Shown: in pieces, positions 23,938 through 38,155 of the stretch
How the letters are laid out: each line of letters opens with the position of its first letter
Position numbering within the stretch: position 1 is the first letter of the stretch
Assembly: GCA_000442015.1 (NCBI GenBank)
Contig: KE560790.1
Span: forward strand, 1 to 64,000
DNA length: 64,000 nucleotides
From: Rozella allomycis CSF55
Taxonomy: Eukaryota
Direction: 5' to 3'
Translations under genes and position numbers: made by a program
Notes under the pieces: generated by a model
The model's input: only the letters and a program-made list of their open reading frames with translations
The model's database searches: none
What the model was told of the DNA's origin: nothing

Positions 23938-26900
23938 ATGCAAAGTATAGTGCAAATACCTGTAGAAAACGGGCAGCAAGTAGTAGAAGTAGACCTTAAT
24001 GATCCTTCTACATCCGTGAATGAGATTGTGGAACTTTTGACTGCCGAAAACGCAAACATAGATTTATTTGTAGAAATAGCGCTGAATTATTTTGGAAGGG
24101 GAGAGAGAAAGGCAGCAAAGATAGTTCTAGAAGCTGCTTTAAAAGTTGAAACAACGCAGCCCATGAACAAAATGCAGGCATTGAAAATGATGATCTCGCA
24201 CTACGTGTCTGAGGGTGTAAAGGAAAGAAAGGATTCAGCGTTTGAAGCGGCGCATGCATTGATAAACGAAGCTGAGAGAATAAATATGCAGGATGATGTC
24301 AGTTGGCTGGGAAGAGGGATGATCTTGTATGGCAAGCAGGATTATGCTAGAAGTTTGACTAATTTTGGATCTTTGTTGGAAAAATCGAATAATAATGCAG
24401 AGGCATGGTTGGGAAAAGCCCATGTGCATTTGCAATTGAAAGAGTGGAAACAAGCGCTGCAAGCGTTTACACAAGTGATGTTGATTTGCCCATCATATCC
24501 GTATTCACGATTTGGAATGGGGGTTTGTTATGTTTATTTGAACTACTTGGAGCAAGCCAAAAAGTGTTTTGAAAGGGTGCTGAAGATGGATCCCAATCAT
24601 AAGGATTCAATCATTGCGCTAGGGATTGTTGAAATTAATGAAAAGACAGAAAGCGGATTGATGAGTGGATTGAAGAGGCTTGGGATGATTTATCAGCAAG
24701 ATAAGACAAATCCATTGGTGAATATTCATTTAGCGAACCATTTCTTTTTTAAAAAGGAATATTCAAAGGCAGAAGCGTTGATTAATAAGAGTTTGGGATT
24801 GATAAAAAAGGAAGATTTGAAATCAGATGCATTGTTCATTCTAGCCAAAATTCATCATATTCAAAACAAGATGAATGAAGCATCAATGTTTTATATGCAA
24901 TCATTAAGATGGAATGATAAATCGCCAATTTCATTATTTGGAGCAGCACAAATGGCGCTACACAAGAAGGATCATCAAACATGTTTCAAGTATATAAAAA
25001 CTATTACTGAGATGAATATTCAATCTGAAATAGTTTCTAAATTTCTTGGATTATTAAATTTGGATAAGGATAAAGAAAAAGCAGTTGCATATTTGGAGCC
25101 AATTTATAAAGCAAACCCTGGTGATCAATCTTTGGCGCTCATTTATGCCCAAGCCATTTCGGAACAAAATATACAAAATGCGACTGAAAGTAATTATATA
25201 AAAATAATCTTGAAATAGTTTTTGAGCAACTGGTTGAAAATGGGCTAAAGTTTAGTCAAGTTTATAATACGATCGCTGTGTTGTCTCATTTGAATGGTAA
25301 ATGATGTTTATGGATTTAAAAGGTGACTTTGAAAAGGCTATGAAATATTATGAGCTTGCATTAGAGAATCTAGATTTGCAGAAAGAAGAAAAGATCAAAC
25401 AAGCGGCGAAAGTGACGATAACATTTAACAAGGGTTGTTTGATGGATGAAATGGGGAGAGATGAAGAAGCAGAAAATATTTTTAGAGAAATATTGAAATT
25501 GGAGCCAAGATATGTTGATGCATCATTGAGACTTGGATTGATGTATCAAAAGAGAAATAAATTGGAAGAAGCAAATGATGTATTCAAGGATGCTATTACC
25601 ACGGTTTCTAATGAATCTAACCCAATTCCTGGGTTTGAAAATGCGTGGCTTTGTATGGCTAATTTGAGTATTGAAATGAAATCATATGCACAAGCGAGGA
25701 AGTCTATTGAAAGAGTTTTAATGAAGGCTGAATCAAGAAATGATCCTTATGGGTTAGTTTGTTTAGGAAATGTTTATTTGAAATTAATTCTCCATGATTC
25801 TGGTTCTTCAAAACAAAATTTTATTAAACGAGCGTTGGAATGTTATCAAAAGGCTGTAGCGTCAAATAAACACAATGCTTATGCTGTTAATGGAATTGGG
25901 ATGGTTTTAGCTTATCAAAGCAATTTTAAACAGGCTAAAGAAGTGTTTTCTCTTGTTAAACAAGGACTTCCTACTTTTGTTGACGCTTGGTTGAATCTTG
26001 GCCATTGTGCAATGGAATTAAATCAAATAAGTTTTGCTATTTCTTGTGTAACTTTATTTAGATTTACTCAAGTAGTATGAAAATGCTTTTAAATTGACAA
26101 AATCACACAATGTGCATTCTTTCCTAGCAAAGGCACTTTATATTCAAGCCAAGATGGACAAGAATATTGAATTTTCAAATCAAGCCATTAATCTTTTAAA
26201 TAATGTATATTAATCTTTTATCTATTCTAGTTTGTTAATGATAACCCAACAGATCTAGTGGCTAGGTTTAATCTATCTTTGTGTCACCAAGAAGTCGGAT
26301 CAATTATCATAAAGTCAGACAAAAATTTAAGAACTTCAGCTGACATTCAATATGCAGTTAATGAATTAACTAATGCCAACGAGTAAATCTTATTTTATAT
26401 CTAAAGTAGAATGTTGGAAAAGCTTCTAGTGGAACTACCAGAAAACAAACCGCCATTTAGCAAGAAAATGTTAGAGCAAAGATTAGCTTATGGTAATGAA
26501 TGTTTGAAAACAGCTAAAATCCAATTGGATCATCAAAAACTATTAGAATTGAAAAAGGAAGAGAAGAAGAGAGAATTATTAAAATTAAGAGAAGAAGAAG
26601 CCAAAAAATTAAAGTTGCAAGAAGAAGAGCGTTTAATGAGGGAACAGGCCGAAAGAGAAGCAATCGAAGAACAAAGAGAACAATTGTTACTCAAAGTAAG
26701 AGAAACTAATGAAAAGTTGGAACAAGTAACAGCTGCCGCTGCTNGCTACTCCCAAGAAGACACCCGCTAAAAAGGTACCAACTTACTCTACTGTTTAAAT
26801 CTAGAGAAAAAGAAAAGATCAAGAACAGGATGAAATTGATAATCCTGAAATACATGAAGATCAAGATGACATACCAAATGAAAACGTTGATGACGATGAA

Positions 26901-26960
26901 AGTAAAAGAGCCGCTTCATTAGAAGCCCTTAAACATAAGCGTCGTGAGAGAAACAAATAA
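23938..26960 (+). CDS. CTR9: PAF1 complex TPR subunit Ctr9 (6 introns)
   Basis: IPVENGQQVVEVDL start, many TPRs, HLANHFFFKKEY, NAYAVNGIGMVLA, DAWLNLGH, charged C-terminus. Confidence 0.9.
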
Positions 26961-27119
26961 ATTTAACCCTTTTTTATTTATTGTTATATCTTTTTAGCTT
27001 TTAAAAAGAAAGTACTAATAATCTTTTTGTGTATTTTAATTCAACCTTTAATGCTTGAAATCCGAACAAGACTTGAGAAACAATTTCCATAAACGATTGA
27101 AAATTTTCAATTTTTCCAA

Positions 27120-28203
27120 ATGCTTCGTCGAGCACTAACCAACCAGATTACACGTCAGCAATTTCGTTTTTACAGGGTTAATCGTTCAAACACCGTTATA
27201 AATTTCGTACCTCAGCAGGAAGCTTGGGTTGTGGAAAGGTTTGGAAAATTCCATTGTGTCTTGGATCCAGGAATATCTGTTTTGTTCCCTATTGTTGATA
27301 AAATAGCATATGCGCATAACCTCAAAGAAGTAGCCCAAGACATTCCCAGTCAAACAGCTGTAACAATGGACAATGTAACTGTCAGCATGGATGGCGTTTT
27401 GTTCTACAGAGTTGTTGACCCTTACAAAGTAACAGAAATTTTGCATTTATTATGTTTAGGCATCTTATGGAGTTGAAAATTACGGATACGCTATGCAGCA
27501 ATTAGCTCAGACAACAATGCGAGCAGAAATTGGACACCTCCCACTTGATAGAATATTTTCAGAAAGAGCTCAATTAAATGCGAAAATCGTCCAGGTTATC
27601 AACGACTCTACAGTGAAAGCCTGGGGAATTGAAAGTTTGCGCTATGAAATTCGTAATTACAAAAAATAAAGTCGAAAAAGGTGACATTCACTTGCCACAG
27701 AGTGTGATGCAAGCTATGCAAGGGCAAGCTACAGCAGAGCGTAAAAAGAGAGCGAGCATTTTGGAATCCGAGGGTGAGAGGCAAGGTGCTATCAATTTGG
27801 CCCAAGGTCAAAGAGAATCTATCATTTTAAAGTCCGAGGCTGAGAAAATGGAGCAAATAAATAAAGCGGTTGGTGAAGCTGAGGCCATAAAGGCGAAGGC
27901 GACCGCTGTTGCTCAGAGTATTCAAATGATTTCAGAAGCTATAAAACATGAAAATGCGCAAAAGGCTATATCGCTACTAGTAGCTGACAAATATATAGAT
28001 GCATTTTCGAATTTGGCACAAAAAGGAACTACTTTGATGTTACCGACTTCTGTTCATGACCCTTCATCCATGATTGCTCAAGTATGTAATTTATAATTTC
28101 AAAATAGGCCATTAATATTTTTGATACATTAACTACGAAAAGAAATGACATGAAGAGCATTGAAGCTAGTAATGAAGACAAGAAGCCTGAGCCAGCAAAA
28201 TGA
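27120..28203 (+). CDS. STOML2: Mitochondrial stomatin-like protein 2 (SPFH domain)
   Basis: FVPQQEAWVVERFGKF, QLAQTTMRAEIG, AERKKRASILESEG. Confidence 0.93.
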
Positions 28204-28222
28204 AATAAATGCTCTATCATAT

Positions 28223-28865
28223 TTATTCATTACTAGTGTCCCTTTGCAAGCATTTCTTGCTGCAATATGGTTTCCACTTATTTGACTCTGGCCTATCAGT
28301 ACAAACTTGACAACTCTTTTTCAACTCAATTTCATACCCATTTTCTTGGCAATCAAAACAAAACCACTTTTCAAACCAGATTCCGTCTCCTTCCTCGACA
28401 TTCACGCAAGTTCCATGAAACCAACTTTTAATACCAACAAAAAGTGTTACCCATTGCATTTGTCGCATGCGATCATGAATTTGCGAGGATCATATTTTGT
28501 CTGGCACACACAATGAAGAGCGATATCCTCATTCCTTTTCAGTCTTTTATTCTTTCTAGATGATTTTGAATATGGTGAAGATGTTTGGGATTTTGTTTGT
28601 GCTTCAAATATACTTGCCCATTCTTCTGCAGACCTCCAATTTCTTTCAGTTCTTATTTCTGAAATCTTTCCATTCAAAATCGAAAAATTACTTTTGATGC
28701 CTCTGCTAGAGCCGCATTAAATGCTTCTGACAATTCAGGATCATCGCTAATTGTTGAAGGCAGAATATCTTTTCTCAAAAATCTATCTTGTCTAGATTGA
28801 TATTGGCATGCCATTGCCAAGACTTCGAATGGGTTTGGTGATAAACTGTCCGATTGAACAGACAT
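28223..28865 (-). CDS. PHD finger protein
   Basis: Spliced HCVCQTKYDPRKFMIACDKCNGWFHGTCV...WFCFDC, plus C-terminal CQVC...YCSKKC. Confidence 0.85.
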
Positions 28866-28946
28866 AACTCTCTTGTTTACAAAATCTTGGCAATCAAAAT
28901 ATTAAAAATACCAATGTGAAATCATACAGATTAAGTTTATTGACTT

Positions 28947-30140
28947 TTAGCGCGGATCCCTTTCATCTAGAATTCCCTTTTTGTCAGCAATGAACTTGTG
29001 GTAATCTAAGAATTCACACTTGTCCTGATTTCTTAATCCTAAACTCCAAGTAGGCTTTAAAAACTTTTGGGCCGCAGACTCGCTATAACCACTTCTACTA
29101 ATAATAAGAGTATCCATGCGTGATAGTATAGACCAATCCAAATGTGTTTTAAGAAAATAATCAAATTTCAGATCATCATTCACGAGTTTGTTGACTTCTT
29201 CTGCTTTCGGAAGATCGATATGAACAATTGGCCTGTCAACAAAAGTAACATTGCAGCCTGGAATCTCTTCAATTATCCTACTTTTCAATACTTTAATGAT
29301 ATCAAAGTTATCTGCTGTAATAAAAACAAAGCATGGCTTGTTCTGATTACCATAAACTTCCACAGTTTTCTTGACAAAGCATTCGACATTGTTATTTTGT
29401 CTTGGCGAGCCTCCCCAAAGCATATCACCACCACGATATTGTATTCCAATGTTGAAAGATTTTGGACTTACATACATATTTACATGTTCCATTAATTTTG
29501 GTGTTTCATCAAATGCCAACCTAAGGACTATGGATGCCAATATGCCTCTCTTCAAGTTTCTGAGATAGGGAAAGGTTTTGTTGAGCATAAGTTGTACTTC
29601 AGGTTGATCAAAGATATCAGTGTACATGTAATTGTTTGTCATGATTTCCAAGGTGTTGTTCTTGAACTTTTCATCTTTTACTTTGTAATGCTGATATTGT
29701 TCTATATGCCAAACAGCGGGGTTATCATCGGGCCCTGATAGAGTGGGGAACCGGTTTTGATAGAACAGGCTAATGGGATAGACAAAGTCCCATCGTTGCT
29801 GAAACCTGTATCCATTCAAAAGAGCAAAGTAAAATACATATATGTAGCCTCTTATTCTGTCACCGAGACCTCCGGCGTACTTTTCGTGGCACCGATAGAG
29901 AATGGTTCCATGAAATTGATTGCTGGGCGTGGTGGTTATATAATTGTATATTTGCTTTGATAATTTTTCGGCAAGTTTGGAATCAGTTTCATTTGCTACA
30001 ATTTCATATGCACCTTTTGAATAGACTACGCTGTTAGTGTTATTTATCAATTTATCGAAATTGGCGTGCAATACGAAAAAAAGAAAACATCCGATAAACA
30101 ATACACCAAATACCATTAATTTTCGTCTAATAGGAAACAT
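28947..30140 (-). CDS. Type II membrane O-/alpha-fucosyltransferase-like glycosyltransferase (intronless)
   Basis: N-terminal TM; GGLGDRIRG, IGIQYRGGD, FITADN, VHID, SRSGYS motifs of GT-B fucosyltransferases. Confidence 0.78.
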   Translation of the reverse strand: MFPIRRKLMVFGVLFIGCFLFFVLHANFDKLINNTNSVVYSKGAYEIVANETDSKLAEKLSKQIYNYITTTPSNQFHGTILYRCHEKYAGGLGDRIRGYIYVFYFALLNGYRFQQRWDFVYPISLFYQNRFPTLSGPDDNPAVWHIEQYQHYKVKDEKFKNNTLEIMTNNYMYTDIFDQPEVQLMLNKTFPYLRNLKRGILASIVLRLAFDETPKLMEHVNMYVSPKSFNIGIQYRGGDMLWGGSPRQNNNVECFVKKTVEVYGNQNKPCFVFITADNFDIIKVLKSRIIEEIPGCNVTFVDRPIVHIDLPKAEEVNKLVNDDLKFDYFLKTHLDWSILSRMDTLIISRSGYSESAAQKFLKPTWSLGLRNQDKCEFLDYHKFIADKKGILDERDPR

Positions 30141-30329
30141 ATTACAAGTACGGATTGAGGTGCAATGTGGCTTAGAGTGATTATGACTATTGTTAGCAAG
30201 GAATTGGTTTAACTAGCTTAATTTGGCAAAAAAGGCCGAGATTAATATTACGGATAATTACTAATTTATTATACCAATTACCATAAACTCATCAATCCTC
30301 GAGGCAAAGATAGTAATAGTTAAAAGTGT

Positions 30330-32960
30330 TTATGAATTCTTTTTAAATATGTAAGATACAAGGTTCTTTTTACAAAGATTTTGCAAAGGAATGTCTTCAT
30401 TGATGATTGATGAATCACGTGCAGGGTCTGCCTTGTCCCAATCAGAGAGAGATGTGGATTGATCTAATTTATTTGCGGGTTCATCCAGCACCAAATCAGG
30501 ATCTAGTTCAAATAATTCATTTAAGGATTCATCAGTTTTAGATTGGCTGTTGACGATTGAATCTAAAATATGGCATTTAGTATTTTCATGGAACGTAAAA
30601 ATATCTTTTAATTCTTCTTTTGTGAATTGGTTGGAAGTGTCATTGATTTCGTCTATTAAAGAATCAGAGAGACCCAACTTAGTCAATTGTCGTTGGAATA
30701 TTTTCTCTTCAATTGAACCAGTTCTGTTAAACTTATTTTTAACTTTTACATTAAAAAGCGATAGATGAAAACATTTCTGGTTTGTCCATCTCTCCATATT
30801 CTTGCCATGGCTTGAAGATCGATTGAAGGATTCCAATCCAAGTCATACAATACCAACCTAGAAGCACCAACAAGATTTAACCCTTGACCTCCAGCCTTGG
30901 CAGATAAAAGAAACACCCCTTTTAAAAATATTTATTTTATTTCTTTACAATCATCAGAATGGTTGTTGAATCTATCAACGAGTTCTTGTCTTTTAGCTGA
31001 AGGTGTTGAACCATCCAAACGAAGAAATGAAATATTCAAATCTTTAAAATGTTTCTCAAAGACATCCAAAGTCTTTCTTGTCTTTAAAAATAATTTACTT
31101 TTGTTGAATGGGCTACAATAACAACCTTTTCATTCCCATGACTTTTAATATAAGCCAACAATTTGATTAAACAAATTAATTTATCTTTAAACAAATTTTT
31201 ATATTTTTTACTTCCTTGCATATCTCTTGGCTTTGCAATTTCAAATTCTTGTTTCAAATCATCGTCAGATTGTAACAATGAGGGGGCATTGCAAATCTTT
31301 TTTAACATTGACATGTAAGCCAAAGCATTAGATTGTAAATGAGAAAAATTAGTTTGATCCAACAATCTATGAAACAATGAACATTGAAAACCATTTGGCT
31401 TTATAAAGAGAACAAACTCGGCTATTTCAATAAACATTCCATCAATTACTTTTTGGTGGCAAATATTCTTTATTAATCGCAGAAGTTCTTCTTAAAATAA
31501 ACATTTGCGTTAAATCCATCAACTATTCACTGGAATGAATTATCTCTACTTGTTTTAAGCGTTCTTCTCCAATTCTTTTTACTTCATTTGATGCTTTAGG
31601 TTGTCTTGAAGCTTGAATTGGTTCATCAAATACTTTTTTAAATGACACTGAAGTGCTTAGAATGCCAGGGTTGACAAAGTCCACCATTGCATAAAATTCA
31701 TTCAAGTCGTTTTGAATTGGCGTTCCAGATAAAATAACTCTCTTCTTGCACTCAAATTTATTCAACAATGAAGCCAATTTAATCTGAGAGTTTTTCAATC
31801 GATGTCCTTCATCGCAAATAATCAAATCAAATTTAATCTTTTCAACAACATTCTTCAAAGACAGCAACTATTCTCAACATAAATAATTATATACTTTTTC
31901 ATAACCACAAATTAAAACTGAATAACTTTTATTCATAATGAAATGCTGCAAATTTGAATTTCCTTCTACAATGAACACATTGATTCTCTCATCTCCCAAC
32001 CATTTCTTGAACTCTTTTTGCCAATTTTTAATCAATGTGGCTGGACAGCAAATTAGAACCTTCTTAACTACACTCTCTTCATTAGAATACGGGCTTTGTT
32101 CTTTCTTAAGATTTTATACATTTTACTCAGTAATGTCCACACAAGAGTTATTGTTTGCAACGATTTTCCAAGTCCCCTAAATTCTTCATTTCAATTCAAC
32201 TTTACATTTCGTCTGCTAAAATAGCTCCATGGCCATTGAATCCTTTCAATCCCAACACACATTCATACAAAAATGAAACTCCATCCTTTTGATGTGGACG
32301 AAGATTTTTAGCCAAATATGGGTCAACAACAACATCAATTATTGATACATCTCTTTCATTCATCATTAATGTCACTCTTTACTTGCCATTGATTTTAATT
32401 GAATCACCAAGACTTGGTCGCTTCATCACTAGTGCTTCAGAACAATTTGGATCATGACGTGCCTGGCGCTGTAGTTTAATCTTTTTAGCTGTGTTATTGA
32501 TTGTATCTTTGGGTTTGCTTTTGACTTTTGCCATGGCCATTGGAGCTATTCCATTCAAATCATAAGCGTTTTCTTTCTGCGGAATAGAATTTGTTATGAA
32601 TATCCTCCCACTTTCATACTCTTCTAGACTCGCCACTCCTTCAATCTCTTAAAGACATATTATTTTAATACCAAGATCTCTTTATTTCCTAGTCTGAAAA
32701 CCTCATCATAACTGTCAAGAGTATCCCAATCCAAGGATTTATCATATATTTTGGTATTCTTAATGATTCTTTAATCTCAATGATGGTATCTTACGTGTTT
32801 CCTTCCATATCTTTAAGCTCCATACATCTTGAATCACTTCGAACGAGCAACACGCCATCTCCTTGCCACGTCTTGTTCTATTCAAATCATACATTAACAT
32901 GTACNTAATATCTACTTTTTTATTCGTTATAGCTCTATAAACAACTTGGAAAACTTGCAT
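30330..32960 (-). CDS. RAD54B: SNF2-family DNA translocase Rad54B/Rdh54 (about 12 introns)
   Basis: [12 protein letters not shown]-terminal motif, [45 protein letters not shown]. Confidence 0.92.
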
Positions 32961-32969
32961 AAAATTCAG

Positions 32970-33005
32970 TTGGCGCCAAAAATATTTCTAGGCGTAAATT
33001 TCGCG
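32970..33005. promoter_or_regulatory. E2F-like palindrome TTGGCGCCAA and SCB/E2F-like TTTCGCG upstream of RAD54B
   Basis: TTGGCGCCAA at 32970-32979 and TTTCGCG at 32999-33005, 10-45 bp from the RAD54B ATG in otherwise AT-rich DNA. Confidence 0.5.
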
Positions 33006-33102
33006 TTCAACAACCAGATTTTGAAATTGGCATTAAACTTAGATATTCATCAGACTCAACTGTTGAATTTCATTTCAACACAATCCACACACCTGGTTCT
33101 TC

Positions 33103-34128
33103 ATGGCAACCAAAGTAGTAGTTGTCGGCGATACAGTTCGTTTCTCTGACATTATAGAAAACACCTTGGCTGATCCCTTTGATTATGATTCCTTTAGAAA
33201 ATTCGCCATAAAGAAATGCCTAGCAGAAGAAAGCATACTGTACATGGAAGCGTTCCACAAATTCAAAGAAACCCCGCCCGGTCCAGATCATGTAGAAATG
33301 AAAAAACATATCATCCACGAATTTATTAAAGACAATTCACCCAACGAACTGAATATCCCGCATGATCTTAAAAAGGCTGCAAGTGATGCATCAAATGACG
33401 CAAACGATCATGTCATGGAGGAAATATATGAGCATATTTATAGAATGCTAAAGACTGATATCTTTCCAAAGTTTCTGTCTCACACCACAGTGAAGAAACA
33501 ACTCCATTTGTCTACACATGATGCTCTGTGGTTTTTGGATCTGCCGGGCTCTTTAAAGACGTTTTTCAAGTTTCCGGATCCTGTAAATGAAGTGGAAGCA
33601 AGAATACATGGACTTTGTTCGTCATTGTTAATTCTAGCTTTTGTATTGATGGATTTATTCGTAAAGGGACCACCTTACATATTGTATTACTTAACTTATG
33701 GATTTGCAGCGAGAAGTCTATGTGGATCTAGGTTGGATGTACAAGCGTATTTTGTGTTATTTGTTGCAAGACCTATATTTACTGATGTGCTGGGTTTGTT
33801 TGAAACAAGGTTTGTTGGTGGGTTTACTAGAAGACTTGCACAAATTGTTGGGCTTTTGTTTTCATTAGTGTCGTTAATCCTTTACCAGTTTAACTTGGTA
33901 TATGCTTGTTATGGTGTACTAGCATTCTTGTTTTTTGCGACTTTTTTGAATGGAGTTTGGAATATTTGTTTGGTTTGTGAATGCTTTAGGGTTATGATTG
34001 GCCGAGGGTGGATATCATCAAAATGGTGTGAAGAATGTTCAATTAAATATGTCGAAACCAAGAAAATTAATGATCAAATCGAATCTTCTAAACAAATACG
34101 AAGTGGTTTGTCTATAGCGGGTAAATAA
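33103..34128 (+). CDS. RGS domain fused to DUF4395-like membrane domain (intronless)
   Basis: RGS: LAEESILYME, FIKDNSPNELNIP, TDIFPKF. C-terminal: FPDPVNEVEAR, YGFAAR, RRLAQIVG, CLVC, CEEC. Confidence 0.8.
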   Translation: MATKVVVVGDTVRFSDIIENTLADPFDYDSFRKFAIKKCLAEESILYMEAFHKFKETPPGPDHVEMKKHIIHEFIKDNSPNELNIPHDLKKAASDASNDANDHVMEEIYEHIYRMLKTDIFPKFLSHTTVKKQLHLSTHDALWFLDLPGSLKTFFKFPDPVNEVEARIHGLCSSLLILAFVLMDLFVKGPPYILYYLTYGFAARSLCGSRLDVQAYFVLFVARPIFTDVLGLFETRFVGGFTRRLAQIVGLLFSLVSLILYQFNLVYACYGVLAFLFFATFLNGVWNICLVCECFRVMIGRGWISSKWCEECSIKYVETKKINDQIESSKQIRSGLSIAGK

Positions 34129-34173
34129 AATAGATTTCAAGTGAAATGAATTTATTGTGATTTATAAATGGGA

Positions 34174-36056
<1,883 letters not shown>

Positions 36057-36366
36057 TTGAAAAAAACTAACCAGGGTGAAGTGGCGCAGAATGTTTCATA
36101 TCTTTTGGTGAACAAATGGTTAAAAATAGAAAAGATTGAGTTTTACTGTTTTAATTATCTAAGGAACACCATACAAGCTATTGACCTGGTCGGATGGCTC
36201 TTATTTTTCACATGTTTAGTTATCTAACTAAAGAGCGAAAACTAAGTTCATATGTGATTTAAGCTTTAGTTAAACATCAATGCTCATTAACTTCATTTAA
36301 GAAATTAAATGAAAATTTTAATAATTTTTTCACTTGTAAAATTAATTTTCGAATTTCCTCTTTCGA

Positions 36367-36888
36367 ATGCTTGTCAAATTTGAATTCAAGCCGACCAACT
36401 CTCCAAGTCAAGTATATCTCGCTGGATCGTTTAATGATTGGGAAGCCACAAAAGACAAATTGACAAAGCAGGATGATGGTTTATGGACCTTAGAAATGGA
36501 CGTTCCTCCTGGCAAGGTTTGCTATAAATTCGTTGTTGATGATGAATGGTTAATTGACGAGTCAAAACCAAAAGAGACTGATGACAATGGATTCGTCAAT
36601 AATGTAATGAACCTTGAAATAGCTGATGACCAAAAAGAAACAGCAGGTATGATTAAATCATTTTGTTATACAACAGTTCCTGAAAATAACGTTAGTCATC
36701 CAAATCAAGTAGAAGAATCTCAACCAGAATCGAGTAATGATAAATCTGGGTCCACGACAAGACTAAAAGAAGAAAATGCGAAAGCAAATGATGAGAAACC
36801 AACTGAAACAAAATCAAAGTCAGCGGAAAAGAATGGATCTAAAGCAATCACTCCTGTGAAAAAGAAGAAATGGTTCCTATTCTGTTAA
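36367..36888 (+). CDS. CBM48/AMPK-beta-type glycogen-binding domain protein
   Basis: VYLAGSFNDW, YKFVVDDEW, GFVNNV; ends KKKKWFLFC; probable 30-nt intron 36647-36676. Confidence 0.85.
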   Translation: MLVKFEFKPTNSPSQVYLAGSFNDWEATKDKLTKQDDGLWTLEMDVPPGKVCYKFVVDDEWLIDESKPKETDDNGFVNNVMNLEIADDQKETAGMIKSFCYTTVPENNVSHPNQVEESQPESSNDKSGSTTRLKEENAKANDEKPTETKSKSAEKNGSKAITPVKKKKWFLFC

Positions 36889-36995
36889 CCTGCACGTTAT
36901 ATAAAGTATATTATATATTTATTACATGTTAATTACAAATTATTAATGAAAATAGAGTCAGCTGTAATATTCGAATTTTCTGTTTTAAAATTAAA

Positions 36996-38137
36996 ATGTC
37001 ACCAGACAACATTAAAGGTGAGCAAAACCTTCGCGAAAAACTAGAGAAAACGCAATATAAATTAGAATCAACCTTAACTGATATGAAAAATATGCAAATG
37101 CACGATGTGAAATCGGGTAAAAATCACAGTGCTATTCTATCACACCTGTCATCCATCTCCTCTCAATTAGACGCTTTTGGAAAGTACAAAATTGATAACC
37201 TTTTAAAAGAATTGGCAGATTCGCAATCTCGGTATTCAGGGAGTCAATCTAAACTTCGTAATGCATTAGAAGAGATAGAATTTCTGAAAGACAAAATTAA
37301 TAATATCGTCAACAATACCAAAGCAGAAATTGAACGTGAAAAACTACATTCGAAATCCACAATTGAAACTTATAAGAATGAAATGTTATTCTATGAAAAG
37401 GAATGTATTGATCTTCGCGGGCAAGTTGAAAAACTCCAAAATACAGTCGCAAGGACAAAAGAATCATTATCTCATGATTTAGAAACTCGGGGTGAATTAT
37501 ATGAGCAGGAAAAGCGCAAATATATGGCCACGATTTCTGAAATGAAGGATCGTTATCGAAAAAAGGAGGATTTGATGCTAGAAGAGTTGAAAAAAGAAGG
37601 AGGCAAAATAAATGTGCTTGAGCAAAAGATAGTGTCCCTTGAAAGCCAGATGCATGACATGTTTGATGAAAAAATGGCGCTGACAAAAAAAGTAGCCTCC
37701 TTGGAAGAAAATGAGAAAGTTTTGAATGAAAATCTGACTTTTGAAAGACTAAGTCGCGATTCAATTCTGGAAGAATTTGAATCTTTTAAGACATTATTGA
37801 GAAAAGATGTTAGACAATGTTCTGTACAAACCGAAAATTTAAGTAGAAGTCAATTTGTTCAGACTGCGGCGACATTCAAAACTCAAACAGTATTTACTTG
37901 CATCTATTAACAAAGATACAAACAGACATAATTCAGAGAGTCGACAAGGCTGTGCTGAGTAGTGAAGAGCGCATTAAAGCAAAGTCAAACAATCAAATGT
38001 TCGCCCCCAACGAAATACTTCAATCTTTTCCTGATAATCAGAATCCTTTGGATAATATAGAAAAGGTTCAGCAAATTTCAATTGAAGATATTCTTGACGA
38101 ACACATAAAAGCGTTTGCTGAAACGAAATTTGAGTAA
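36996..38137 (+). CDS. Uncharacterised coiled-coil protein (1 intron)
   Basis: E/K/L heptad-rich ORF joined to 3' exon by a 26-nt GT-AG intron. Confidence 0.7.
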
Positions 38138-38155
38138 TAAATAGTATTCGTTATT

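Noticed and set aside
30205..30241. 12-nt match (TCTCGGCCTTTT, minus strand) to the U2 snRNA 5' end
   Set aside because: The GUAGUA branch-recognition sequence and downstream U2 stems are missing; likely chance in a promoter.
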